Below are positions 38,520 through 51,566 of a stretch of DNA of 64,000 nt, in pieces (position 1 is the stretch's first letter; the number at the start of each line of letters is the position of its first letter). Origin of the DNA: Octopus bimaculoides (taxonomy: Eukaryota). The translations under genes were made by a program, and so were the position numbers. The DNA is taken from assembly GCF_001194135.2 (NCBI RefSeq), contig NC_068988.1:68280006-68344005 (forward strand), written 5' to 3'. The notes beneath the pieces were generated by a model. That model worked only from the letters and a program-made list of their open reading frames with translations. It was not told where the DNA came from and made no database searches.

Positions 38520-40555
38520 ATACACTCAGCTAAACGATTAACCATCTTTCACATACTATCTTTCAAATACCCCCACATGTATATCAGTAACAGTTGAGCA
38601 CTACAGACACAAGAAACATCAAATGAACAGTGAAAGTAAATTTCAATGACCATGTAAATGAGTTCATCACAGTCGATTCCCAAATGAAGAGCTGGAATTT
38701 GTAGCTAATCATATATACGTCTTACAATGATGGGCTGTTTGGATTCGTATTTACTTTATACTGGAACATGAGGTAGATATGGGGAACTGAATCTAACGGT
38801 GGTAGCATTCCTCCCTCTTTAGCTATTTTTCATTACATATGTTACAAGCTGAACAGTTTCATATATGTTGGCTTTCTTTGGTTAATTTTTCCCGGAGCAT
38901 GTAACTGTTCGTTATTTTTTGTTTGCTTTTAAAACTGCATTCCCTTAAAGCGCTTAGTAGTATATTTCTAAACTGAATTTAAACTCTTTCTGTTGCATGT
39001 AGCCCATTTTCATCACTATATTCTCATGCACTAGCTTGTTAAAGTGAGCTTACAACTAACTGCAGAATATTTCATTCAGAGTAGTGATAACCGGTAGCTG
39101 CATCTTCATCTCTACTCAACCATGCAAACACATATTATCTTCAACTATCCTAAGCGTAAGGTCCTTTATAGGGGGATAGGTGAAGTAAGGAGCGCAAGAA
39201 AACAGCTTTTGTATAATAAGATTTTCGTCGAAAACCTAAGACCTCTAAACTCATTTACCAAGATTTGCTCATGAGCAAACTCAAGTATCCACTCTGGCCA
39301 CAATTTAAACCATCCATTTCTCAGTGAGGACGTTCCTACAGATTTCCATACTGTGACAGCACAGTAAGCCATGCAATTCACATTCAGTTTCTTGAGTAAT
39401 CGTCAGCTAGGTTTAATAGCATTTAATAGTAACTGTCTCGTAAAATGTTTGAGCTATTTAGGCTTGAACGACTTAAACGTCATTGTCATAAGATGGTATT
39501 AACATTGTGCAGTTGGGTTGTACATAAATACCAAAAGGTTTTACTTTTTCCAGAAATGCTCCTGTAAAATGTGCTGAACAGCTGTCTAAAATATACCACT
39601 ATCTTACCATTGTGCTTCAGGCTACTAGAGTAAAAGTCAGCACTTGCTTGTAGAACAAAATGATTTTTAATACAATCCAATCAGTTGTAATCTTATTTTT
39701 TGTTCTTGGCACGATGATTTGTGTGATTTGTATTTATTTAAAAGCTATGGTACCTAAACATTCACCAATGACTATCCATTTGCACACTTGTGTTCTGACA
39801 GAATTAGAGCCGTAATGTGACATGACACATTTTAATGTTTTATAGTTGGTGATTCTACATCTTCAGTGGTCGGTGTTCTCCTTGACGTACATTTCTAAAA
39901 GCAATTCTTTCTTATTTGCATTGCTTCGGACCTGGACATGCTACGACCAGCCATCTCTATAGCCATAGGCATTATCTAGGAGTAATTCTTGATGAATTTT
40001 CGACCTTATTCTTTATACATATCCTCAGAAAACTGAACACCTTCACTAATGCGCACCCTATACAACTTCATCGGAACTTCATAAAGTTATCAAGTTTTTA
40101 CATCCATCGTTGTTTTCCTTATAACTGTATGTTTCTTTGAATTACAGTTAATCGCCCTCACACACACACACAAAGTAGAGTATTTCTTTAGTTTCTTTAT
40201 CTCCAAACTGCGGGAGAGCCACTGCTATATGACACATTGATTTTATACACATTGCTGCTAAGTTTTTTCTACACTGGAACTTACGTTTAATCAACAGTAA
40301 ACAGTACCTACGGTTTATCTAACAAGAAACATTTTATCTATTTTTTGGGAACATACCTGAGGCTAAATATGGTTACAATAATAAAAAAAAAACAAAGAAA
40401 TTGGAACGTCTCTCCGTATTTGTAAGTACTACTGATAATGTGTTCAAAATTCAGCTTCATTTAGCAACACCAAAAAGGAGTAAGAATTTGTTTCGACAAC
40501 CCGGAAAATTAGTGTCGTATTATTGGTGAAACCAGATCACTGATGGTTATACATA

Positions 40556-41388
40556 CGTGGTCTGATCAATGAGTATCCGGACTGTTACCATAGCAACGAA
40601 GCTAAATCACGCAGAGTGAAGCTGTTTGGCACAGATTCATCAAAACCTCTGCTGTCATGCGCAGTAAGTATTAACATTCTCGATCACTTCCGCTGTTTAC
40701 AGCAGTGCTTGGAAAGGTGTATAGTGTGTGATCGTCGAATTGACCATGAGAGAGAAAGTTCAGCAGAAAATCTGCATCAAATTTTGCCACAATCTTGGCG
40801 ATACCTGCTCCGAGGCCTACGTTAAGATTTCAAGGAGATTTCATCGTTCTCGATAAATCAAGGAGATCTTGTGCAACTGAAACCTGAATGTCTTTTTGGT
40901 CAGCTGAAAGCAGTTTTGGTACAAGTAGCCAGACACGCGTCTCATACTCAAATCTTCATTGATAATGGACTGAACTGAACTGAACCGTAACTAATCTGCA
41001 CATCCTCTGATAACTCACAGACGATTTCACTTCACAGCTGCACGCACGTCTGCGATGTCTTCCGCAATTCTGCTGGTTGCGAGTCTCCGAGAACGTTCGT
41101 CAATATTGACATCTTTTAGGCCATCCTGAATCACTCGTACACCTCTCTGCGGCTCATACACGCCTCTCCATGCTCTGTCTGCAACTTCGCGTACGTCAAC
41201 CTTCTCTGTCATGGTCAATGCGATGATCACATGCTACGCACATTCCTTCCAAGCACTGCTGTAAAATGTTGAGACATAGTGCACGAGCACAATAAAGTTC
41301 AAGGTCAATCTGTGCCAAGCGACTTTACTCTGCATGATTTAGCTTCATTACTATGGCAACAGTCCTGATACTTATTGATAAGAGCTCG
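40556..41388 (-). mobile_element. Internally deleted mariner element with ~85-bp TIRs and TA TSD
   Basis: TA|cgtggtctgatcaatgagtatccggactgttaccatagc...ggcacagatt mirrors aatctgtgccaag...gcaacagtcctgatacttattgataagagctcg|TA; inside: DERSRR.ATSR...SEDVQISYGS...EDLSMRRVS..LVPKLLSADQK. Confidence 0.9.
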
Positions 41389-41676
41389 TACATACCAAGA
41401 AACCGGCACACGCACGCTCACACACACACACACACAGACACACATTAATACACATATAGATAATACACATACATATGAATAATCTTTTGGACACGGATCA
41501 CGTACGGACGGAATGAAAAACTCAGCACCAAATGCAGAGACTACATGACGTTCTTTTTAATTAATATAATTCAGATTGACTGAAATAATTGATACAGCGC
41601 CGTAGTAAATTCTCTGTGTATTTGTTACAGCTGGTTATGTCTAGATAGTTGCATATCTAGACATGCTCATAAATAT

Positions 41677-42125
41677 TTAAATGATAAACTTCTGGAAAGT
41701 TTTAGAGATATTTATAGTTCCAGTCAAGGATTTGATCTGTAGTCTTCGAATTAGCTTTCTGCTGTCTGGTTTTGAGACGCCTAATTTCTCAAGATTGGTA
41801 TTTAGGCAGAATGGTACATATCCCAGGGTCCCAATAATTACTGGTATAAACCTGAACTTGTAATCTGGATAGAGTAACTGCAGATTTCTCAATAGTTTAG
41901 CATAGGTGTTATTTTTCTCACTGATCTCCAGCTTTACGTTAACATCCGCTGTCCAATTTCTCTTCTCTATCCTAAATCATTATATCAGGTCAGTTCTACT
42001 CAAATTTTATTGAGGTCTTCACTGGGACATTCCACCAGCATTGATCTTTATTATGAGTGGCTATGGCTGCTACCCTATTTTGGGTTTTTATTTCTTTGTC
42101 CTCGGGATTATCCTTCCGACGGATT
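41677..42125 (-). mobile_element. RLE-type (R4-like) LINE C-terminal fragment, same family as 26108
   Basis: WWNVPVKTSIK...PDIMI.DREEK...LLRNLQLLYPDYKFRFIPVIIGTLGYV...KTFQKFII*. Confidence 0.85.
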
Positions 42126-42187
42126 TCATTATGTATGTATGTATGTATGTATGTGTGTCTTTGTGTATGTATATGTGTATATACGGG

Positions 42188-42258
<71 letters not shown>

Positions 42259-43618
42259 ACACATTAATATAGTGCATAACCATTATATTAGCTATGTTCG
42301 CTATGTTTTATGATATTTCCATACTGTTTCCTTCATTTTGCGTTAAACACACAACCTGTATAAGCATAGATAAGGTAATGTTTTGCCATATTCATATAAG
42401 TGGGAACGTTTATATAGATTCGTTTTTCGTCTTAATCGCTGTCTATAGTTCTGATATTAAATACGCATTCAAGATAATAATTTTGTATAATCCAATTCTC
42501 ATTTTCTTCTATACGTTATTCTATCAAACTGTTGATATTGATAAGACTTGAATTCAAATAATTACATTATCTCCATTTGTAAATTTACCTAAAGAAAGAT
42601 CGATTTTGTGATAATATATAAATATAATATCAACTTCCTTAGAAATATTAATTTAAGCATTACGCATAAAATTGTACTAATAAGCTTAGAATTAATGCAT
42701 TTATTTTATTATTTCGTTTGTTCGTATTAGAATATGAAATAGTAAATTACCATTCCTTTAAACGTTCGAAATATCTCCCATCATTATAATTGGAGGTATG
42801 ATGCAACTGAAGCGCATCCAATTGTTTACCATATCCAGTTATACAATAGATAACTAGTCCATTTGACATGTATAGTCTCCAAATACTATATCGAATTTAT
42901 GAAAAATACTGCTCCCAATATATATTAGATACTTCCAGGAGTATAAATGGTCCAGGCACATATATACAGACATAAAAAGACCAACTTACTCCCACACAAA
43001 CACCCACACACATATTTCAACTTATGGTTACTTGCTAAAAGATAAACAAACACACAAAAGAAAACAAAAACGAGCGCTAGGTCATGAATATGTGTGCGCG
43101 TTTTCGCTTGTTTCTTGATGTGCATACACTTGCTTCCGTGCAGGTGTGTGTAAGTATGGTTAGTGTGCTACTACTTGTTGCATTTGGTGGAAAGTCCCTA
43201 TCTGCAACCTTTATTCGCTTTAATGTACGACAAGCAGAACTCAAATAGATTTTGAGTTAATAATCCCACTTCCAAATAGATTGATCACTTGCGTAATTAG
43301 GGAGATAAGAAAAATGATGTATTTGAAATTTTGTAATAACCTACCAATTCTATTTAATAAGGTCTTCAATGGTGTTATCGTACAGTAGTTTCCTCGTTGA
43401 CATAAATATTTACTGAAATATTGTAGGTTTCTGTGATTAATTCTACAACGTGACTGAAAAACAGTTAATCAAATTGGATTCCAGAAAATTAGAGCTAACT
43501 ATTAGAAGATGTATAGACATTAGACAATTTTAACATTAACGTACATCTAAAAAGGTTTTACAAGAATAATTCCTCTTGTGTGAAACATTTTCCTTGGAAA
43601 TAAGCACATATATATGGA

Positions 43619-43689
<71 letters not shown>

Positions 43690-43704
43690 GTACATATATG
43701 TAGT

Positions 43705-43945
43705 GCTGAAAGTCCGTGACCTAGTGGTTAAAGTATTGCGCTAAATTATGGGTTTGATTTCCGGTGAGTTTTGTTCTTGAGCAAAATACTCCATTTAACG
43801 TTGCTCCAGTTGCGTAACCCAACGATGGGGTGAATGTTGGCCTGTTCGCCTAGCCAGCTGGGTGGCATCATTCAAATGCTAAAACAATGTGAAGCGCATT
43901 GTGATCAGCGATGTATAATAACATTCAATAGTCTTGTCAATACCG
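43705..43945 (+). mobile_element. tRNA-derived SINE, family D (diverged)
   Basis: gtgacctagtggttaaag (A box)...gggtttgatttcc (B box)...gttcttgagcaaaatact...gttgctccag. Confidence 0.6.
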
Positions 43946-46375
43946 ATATATGTATATACGATATATGGATATATAAATCTGTGGGATCACCATTGTAAAA
44001 CATCATTATAAACAAGTAATTCAGGGTAAGCTGCTAATCTGGTTGAATAGGTTTACGTGCTTAAATTCCTAAGAGGATATTATATAGAAATTGGCCACGC
44101 TATGGAAGTTCCTTAGCGGCTACAAGTAGCTTGCTTATTTATCAGCAGCTTCAACAAATTTCTAATACAAATGCACTTCTGAGTTTCTAGTTTGGCGTAG
44201 ATATTTCTATACTAATCAGTTCCATTTTCCAATATTTCATCGTAGAATATGTCTTCACCAAATTATGGCATCGCTCGTAATTAGAATATATTCAAACTGC
44301 TGAATTTCAAAGCCTGGGAACAATGATGGGTTGGAATATTAGAAGATGCAAATATGTAATGGAATGCTGTCATATTCTATCTTGTTGAAATGCTTATGAA
44401 TACATATATTCGGTTTTCTACATAAAGCACATGACAAAAACATTTTCTGTTAAGAGCATTAAATTTGTTCGAGTCAATAACGATGCCGCTTCAACAGAAA
44501 TAATAACCTGAGAGAGATTACGATAATAGTTACATGATTTTTCTGTCATTTTGTTAGCAAACATTTATTCTTTTCCAAAATAATCTTTATATAAACGTAG
44601 AAGCAACGCTCAGTCGCATACTCACATATACTTTGAGTGGAAAACATGTGCACGTTCTATTTTAATCATTGCAAAGACATTTTTTAAACATGTGATATTT
44701 CTTGTGATCTGTTTGGAGTATAACAGTTTAAAAGCCTGCCATGAGCCTGGAGACTCATAAACCGAACATTATTCAGATGGGTTTTGGCTGACTGAACTAG
44801 ACCCACATTGAAACCGATCTTATTCTACCACAGGGACACCTCCAAAATATCACTGATCCTCATTTTCGGAAGATTATGTTTCAGTAATATGAAATGAATT
44901 ACCATGCCGAAAGAAACGACAAGCACCTTACTCCGGGAAACAAACCGAAGAGATAACAACCGTGAGCCATACTTCCTAAACATTATACCACTCACCTTTA
45001 TATTTCAAAGTGCAAAATCACTGAATCAGTCTTCAGCTTTTTTAGTATTTATGCTTTAAAAGTCTAATTTGAGAATGAATTGATGCTGGTGAGCATTTCT
45101 CTCTCTATAACTTACTTACTTTCAATGTAATTAGTGTACAAATCAACGTAGGCCTTTTTTGCAATCAAAGTTCAGAATTACAGTGGCAAAAACATGGATT
45201 ACTTCGGGGTTCTTTGGAAGTGAATCCGAACTTAGAATGGGACTTGGCAACGGTACAAAAAGGTTGAATGAAAATATGAACATACAATACATACTACGCA
45301 TGTGGGGACGTTACACTCTTCGTATACGACAAACAAGACACACCGAGAACATAAAGGGGGTCTTTAAGAATACCCATAGTAAAATTTGACATCCACAGTA
45401 GTTACTGGTACAGTGAATAGATTTCAAGGCAAATAGTTAGACAGAATATATGCAAAGCATCGTATTTTGGCAGCAAAAATAGAAAGAAATCCATGCACTA
45501 GGAGGCTGATAATGAATGATACGAAGTGTTGTTGGCGAAATCTTTATTGAGGAGAAACTTGAGATTCTTTTCTATAACAGGTGCAAATAAAAGAGACCTC
45601 AAAATTAAGTCAAACATTATTTCAGCAACGAATATTCTAACAAGTAATAAAATAATCCACATAACGGTACAAATAGAATGCAACGAATACATCAAGGACT
45701 ATATAGAATTAGAAGTAAAAGCATAGCCAAGCGTAATGTGTTATGTGAATCTAACGCACTATATCAATAAACTCATGTGTACGAACACAAAATAGATAAA
45801 TAAATAAAAAAACACGTGAAAAACATTACAATTATGTCATAGCAAATTGCAAATATAAATTGGCCCAAACATGACCAGTACGATTTCAAATTTTATTTCC
45901 AGCACGTAAGATGAAACTTCACGATTCAGAATAATAAATTGTGCTTTACAAGTCGTAACATAAATCCACTACATAAAATGACATAAAGCGAAACTAAATA
46001 TGAAATCATTATTGAATGTCACATCTATACTCTAGGGAATTGCCCATAAAATAACTGACTGAACTAAAACTCATAGTACGATTCAGTACTCAAATAGCAC
46101 GCAAAGATACACTAGTCATAAAAAAAATCAAATTATCGTCCATAAATCTAAGTGTAAAATTTCAAATTCACCTGTAAGACACGCGTATGTATGTACGTAT
46201 GTATGTATGTATGTATGTATGTATGTATATACACACACTAATACACACATATGTATATACGTATATATATACAGACACATATATACATACATACACACAC
46301 CCATACAGACATATTTTTTATTCTTTTAGTCGTTTTAGCCAGGTGGTTGTGGTTATGCTGGAGCACCACCGTATG

Positions 46376-46439
<64 letters not shown>

Positions 46440-48917
46440 CATCTGACTGATTGTATAGTGCTTTTTCACATATCTTTTAATGTAAATTGTGCATGCTCAG
46501 TTTGACTACAGTCTTAAAAACAGAATTCTGTTGGCAAAATTCATAGTCATTTAGTAGATTTATTGAAGCGTTAACCATGTGCAATCTATCCTGATAACGT
46601 AAGGACTTATCACTTACACCCTATTGCACAATTAAATTAATGTTTCTTATTTTCCTAATTAATGGAATTGCTCGAGCAAGAAATTGTAGTCTGCGACGAG
46701 TTCTTCTCGATTATGGTTGTCTAATTACTCTTCTTTCGCATGATAGAATTCAGAGCTTGAATTCTCCTTCAGTCGCTGCCCTCGAATGACTTGCATTCAA
46801 TAAAGAAATGTATATTCAAGATATTAACCAGCTTCGTGATAAATTGTGTTGTAATCTGCAAGTTTATCAGTATTCATGATTACATTTTGTTTGCAGTTAT
46901 TCAACAACAGTCTCTGATTTCACATTTCTCATTTAATCTTATTCTCCAACAGTATTTTTTCTTTATGCCAGAAATACTTTATTGAACCAATATTATCTTT
47001 AACGATTTTCTAGCTGTAATAACGCATAATTAAGCTAATATTTATAATGTTAGCATTAATATTCCATACTATGTGTAGTATAAATGCAGAATGATTTTTT
47101 TATCGCTCTTTATAACGAAGTGCAACATCACAATTCGTTTAATTGCAAAAAGTTAACATTAACAGGATAGCATTAAATTCTAGTTAAGACATTAGCACTA
47201 AGTGAACTTATTACTAACGTCTTAATTAGTAGCAATGAATATAATTTCAAATTTTGAAAATGTTCATATATAGATATTTGTGCCATTTTAGTTCGCAGAT
47301 TTTAGCAAATAAGAAAGTCATTTGATATAAGCTTATATGACAGTACGTAAGTGATTTAAGTTAGGGGAGGCCCTGATAAGGGGAGGAGGGAGTAAGGCAA
47401 CTTGTTGTTAATGCTGAAGTAAAGAATTATAATTTTAATAATGATTCACACTTACGGCGGTTTGCGCTTCTGACCAACTTACTCAGGGTCTGCTGTTACA
47501 TTTTGTCTGAATTAATAGAATAACTATCACTCCACCCGAGGATCTATGTCTCATTTAGTGAACAAAAGTGAAAAAATTGCGTATTTGATCAAAAATACTA
47601 ATTGTAGTACACGGTACATTGTAAAATCAAATTCCAGCAAGCTCAAATTCTATTTCTACTCTTTAATTAATTATTAGTTATCTAATTAGATCAGTTTAAA
47701 TTTACATATCTTCTCATACATTGTTTGGTGTAGTGTTATAACGCATCCTTTTTCTCTTTCTCTTTCTCTCACACACATACACCCAAAGAAATGTGTGTTT
47801 GCGTTTGTGTGAGAGTCATATTTTTGTCTAACTCCATTTCTATTTCCATCGAATCTATACGATGCAAAGAGTAATAATACCAGATTATCTAAAAGGCAAA
47901 TTAGGTTATCTTAAAGGAATTTAGGTATAAAGAAACTTATTGTCGTTTAATTTATCTTTCCCTGTCATATATGACTGATATTATATTTACAGTTCCAAAC
48001 ACTTCCATTCGTTTTGATTTTTTTAGTTTTATTTGTTTCCTTATAAACTAAAATGTGAAAGGATGTAGGTGTGGAAGTTGCATCTTTATATTTGCCAAGA
48101 ACGTTTTATTTGTTTCATTACAAACTTATTTAATATTGTATTTTGTTATTTCTATATGACTTTCACAGAATTCTACACTGCGTTTGGTAATGTTGTTTCT
48201 AATTCGCAAAACTTATTGTTATTTTCCAACCATACAAGCGAACAAACACGGTTATACAATACTAAAACTCTATTATTCTAATGTCTTTATAAACTGTTTC
48301 TTTTCACCTTAGTATTAAAAACGAATTACTACAGTGTCTGGGTAGTGTTAAGTACCAAACATAATGAATTTATCGCTCAAGCAACTTTGCATTCAAACTG
48401 TTCTTGGCAAACAGAAGGATGCAACATCCACACGTACGTCCTTTCACATTATTGTTATTCCCTGAAAGCCTTATCCATAAAAAGAAATTTCTGTATTGCA
48501 TGTCAATACCTTTAAGCTTGATTGATAGAGATCAGAACAGTATCACAAATCAGGACACGGTATGAATGCGAGAAGCGATTGCACTTTTAGAAAACGAAGA
48601 ATAATTCTGCAAAGTGTACGATATCTAAATTGCTCCTTTTTTTTTAAACTTGTGTCAGCTCTGTTCAAAAAGACCGACAATGATCACAAGTACTCCAGCT
48701 GTGATCATCACACTTATATTTACACCTAAAATCCGTTTCATAAAACACATTTGATATTATGTTGACTTCATTGCTACTTCCAGCATGTGGAACAGATTAG
48801 TTTGATTTCGTTTCAAATGTATTTGGATATAATAAATGGAAACGGGTAAAATGGATGATTTTAGATAAATATGAAACATAAATTTGAGCTTACCCAAAGA
48901 AATAGAAGAAACAATAT

Positions 48918-49128
48918 TATCTTCAAATTTTGGCACAAGGCCGCCAATTTGAGGTGAATGGGTAAGTCGATTATGTTGATCCCCCACTCCTCAACAGATA
49001 CTTATTTTATATTGTTTGAAAGAATGAATGGAAAAGCTGATATCGGTGGAATTTTAACTCAATGTAAAGAACTAAATACCGGTAGGCATTTTGCTCGGCG
49101 TGGCAAAGATGCTGCCAGCTTACTGGCT
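48918..49128 (-). mobile_element. tRNA-derived SINE, family A (diverged)
   Basis: ggcacaaggcc...ggtggaattttaactcaatg...cattttgctcggcgtg...ctgccagct. Confidence 0.75.
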
Positions 49129-49242
49129 TAATGGAAATTATGACATTGAAACTCAGATGTTAACTGCGTCTATGTATTAAGCTGAGAGAATTTACTTCGT
49201 ACATATGATTTGGTATGTTACTTTTGTACTTTTATCTCCTGA

Positions 49243-49412
49243 AACCAGGTGCAGAGTGGCTGTATCTTAAAAAACCTGCCTCACAACCAAATGTTTTTTG
49301 GTTCAGTCGCATTGATTGTTCCCTCATCAGACGTCTTCTAACATAACCTCGGCCCGACTAAGGCCTTATGAATGGATCTCATAGACTGATACTCAAAAAG
49401 AAGCCGGTCGTA
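49243..49412 (+). mobile_element. SINE family B (diverged)
   Basis: gcagagtggctgt...cctcggcccgactaaggccttatgaatggat...aagaagccggtcgtata. Confidence 0.7.
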
Positions 49413-50024
49413 TATATATGTGTGAATGCGTGTGTGTGTGCACGTGTGTGTGTCTGTGTGTCTGTGCGTGTATGTATGTGTGTTTGTGTATGTGTGTGCG
49501 TGCATTTTTCTCTGTCTTAACATATACGATGCTTTCAATACTCATACACATTTAAATACATGTATACATACATACATAAATGCTTGTATCTTTTTACACC
49601 AACATATACCACGTCGATTAATGCGAGCAGTAACTTCAGCACGACCATCGCAGTTTTAGATTATTTGAATTTAATTGCTTCGATTGGTGTCTAGACACTG
49701 GAATTATAATAAAAAAATTATTTGTAGTTTCTTTTTTTTATAGATAGGTAAATATCCTGACTGTTCATGCAGTAATGTCATAGATAAAAGAGAAGATTTG
49801 CGTAGTCCTTCATTGACATCTCTCTTATTTGCGATGGAGTAATATGAATTTTCTGAATATCTGTCTAAGAACGACTATCAACTCGGTTTTCTTCATCTCC
49901 AGTCTTTTCCGTTTAACTATATGTATTAACTCTTGTAAAACAATTTCATAAATACTTATTTGCCATTAAAAACCACCTCTCCATCTTTTAATTTTTACAT
50001 ATGTATATGTGTATATACATATAT

Positions 50025-50405
50025 GGGAGATGCAATCGCCCAGTGGTTAGGGTAGCGGACTCGCGGTTGTAGCATCACGGTTTCGATTCTCAGACCGGCT
50101 GTTGTTAGTGTTTATTGCGCAGAAATACCTAAAGCACCACGAGGCTCCGGCAGTGGGTGGTGGCAAACCCTGCTGTACCCTTTCACCACAACCTTCTCTC
50201 ACTTTTTCTTCCTGTTTCTGTTGTACCTGTATTTCAAAGGGTCAGCCTTGTCACACTCTGTGTCACGCTGAATCTCCTCGAGAACTACGTTAAGGGTACA
50301 CGTGTCTGTGGAGAGCTCAACCACTTGCACGTTAATTTCACGAGTAGGCTGTTCCGTTGACCGGATCAACTGCAAACCTCGTCGTCGTAACCGATGGAGT
50401 GCTGC
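50025..50405 (+). mobile_element. tRNA-derived SINE, family C, near full length
   Basis: A box gcccagtggttagg and B box ggtttcgattc, followed by a ~300-bp GC-richer body. Confidence 0.8.
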
Positions 50406-51510
50406 GATATACATATATCTGTATGTATATAGATGTATGTGTAATGTATTTACCAGTATCTTGCATGTCATTCATCACAGTAGTATAATGCTTAACAATA
50501 CAGTGTAGTTAATTAGGAAGCAATTTATTTTTCGTTGTTGGTAATTTTCTATTAACACTTATCTAAGCTACTCTGTGATCAAAGGAGTACCTTTATAGAT
50601 ATTGTGTCTTTTAAAGAGTGGCAACATGTACATTATCTTATGTTCAACATCGTCTTTTATTAGACAGCTTTCGCAATTCCAGCAAACAAATAAATGCACG
50701 TATGTTGGCTGAAGGGTGCAGAGATGAAGTAAATTGTTAACTAATCTGTTGAAACCATGGCTGATGCAGTACAAAACACCGTTTAATGATGATGTCATAT
50801 CAGTATTTTCTGGTTGACGAGTTGTAACAGATTCTATAACAATATGTAGTACTACTTTGAGTTTTTCTTCTATTGCAAAGTGGAGGATATTGTCAAATAC
50901 ATTTTCAATATCTTCTAGTGGAACGATATGCTTGTGAGGTTGAAAAGTTCGTTTGACAGCTATGAGTTTCAGGTTCAGTCAGTTGGGTGGCTCCCTGGCA
51001 AATTGCTTATACGGTAGCTCTGATTTCACCTGTGCCTTGATAGTGAATTGGTTAACGGAAAATGTGTGCAAATACATCGCATATAGGTTTGTGTGTATGT
51101 GCGTGCTTGTGTACCCTTGCTTGACAACCAGTCTTGCTCATTTCTGATCCTTTAGCTCAGCGACTCGCCACCGAGGCTGAAATAATATAAGTGCTAACCT
51201 AACAAAATATACATTTAGTGATGTGATCGAATAAATCTTTCAACTACGCTGATTCGGTCTGGTCACAGTATAATGAGGGAAACATGTCATAGGAATAAAA
51301 GAATAGTCCTTTTAAAATAAACACTTTTAGTGTAACATTAATATAATTGGTTCTTATGTATGATCTGAATAAGTTTACTTGGATAATTAATGTAACAAAG
51401 TACATTTTTACATATCAACTTCTTGAAAAATATTTCATAATTTTATTTTTTAATCCCAAATATTTTTTTTCCAATTTTCTTCTATTCACTCTTATATTTT
51501 ACATATGCAG

Positions 51511-51566
51511 GTGCTGTGTCGACGCCCCAAGGCGAAGAAGTAGGATCTTCCAAGACATATAAATAG
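51511..51566 (+). other. Candidate exon after a strong acceptor
   Basis: Long pyrimidine tract ...cttatattttacatatgcag|; all three frames end within 19 codons (e.g. AVSTPQGEEVGSSKTYK*, CCVDAPRRRSRIFQDI*). Confidence 0.2.

Noticed and set aside
40351-40400. CAG|GTATGT recursive-site-like motif on the minus strand
   Set aside because: A competing AG lies 5 nt upstream and the tract is interrupted.
45159-45389. 76-aa ORF and alternative-frame exon-like peptides
   Set aside because: No homology and weak splice signals; several frames are equally plausible.
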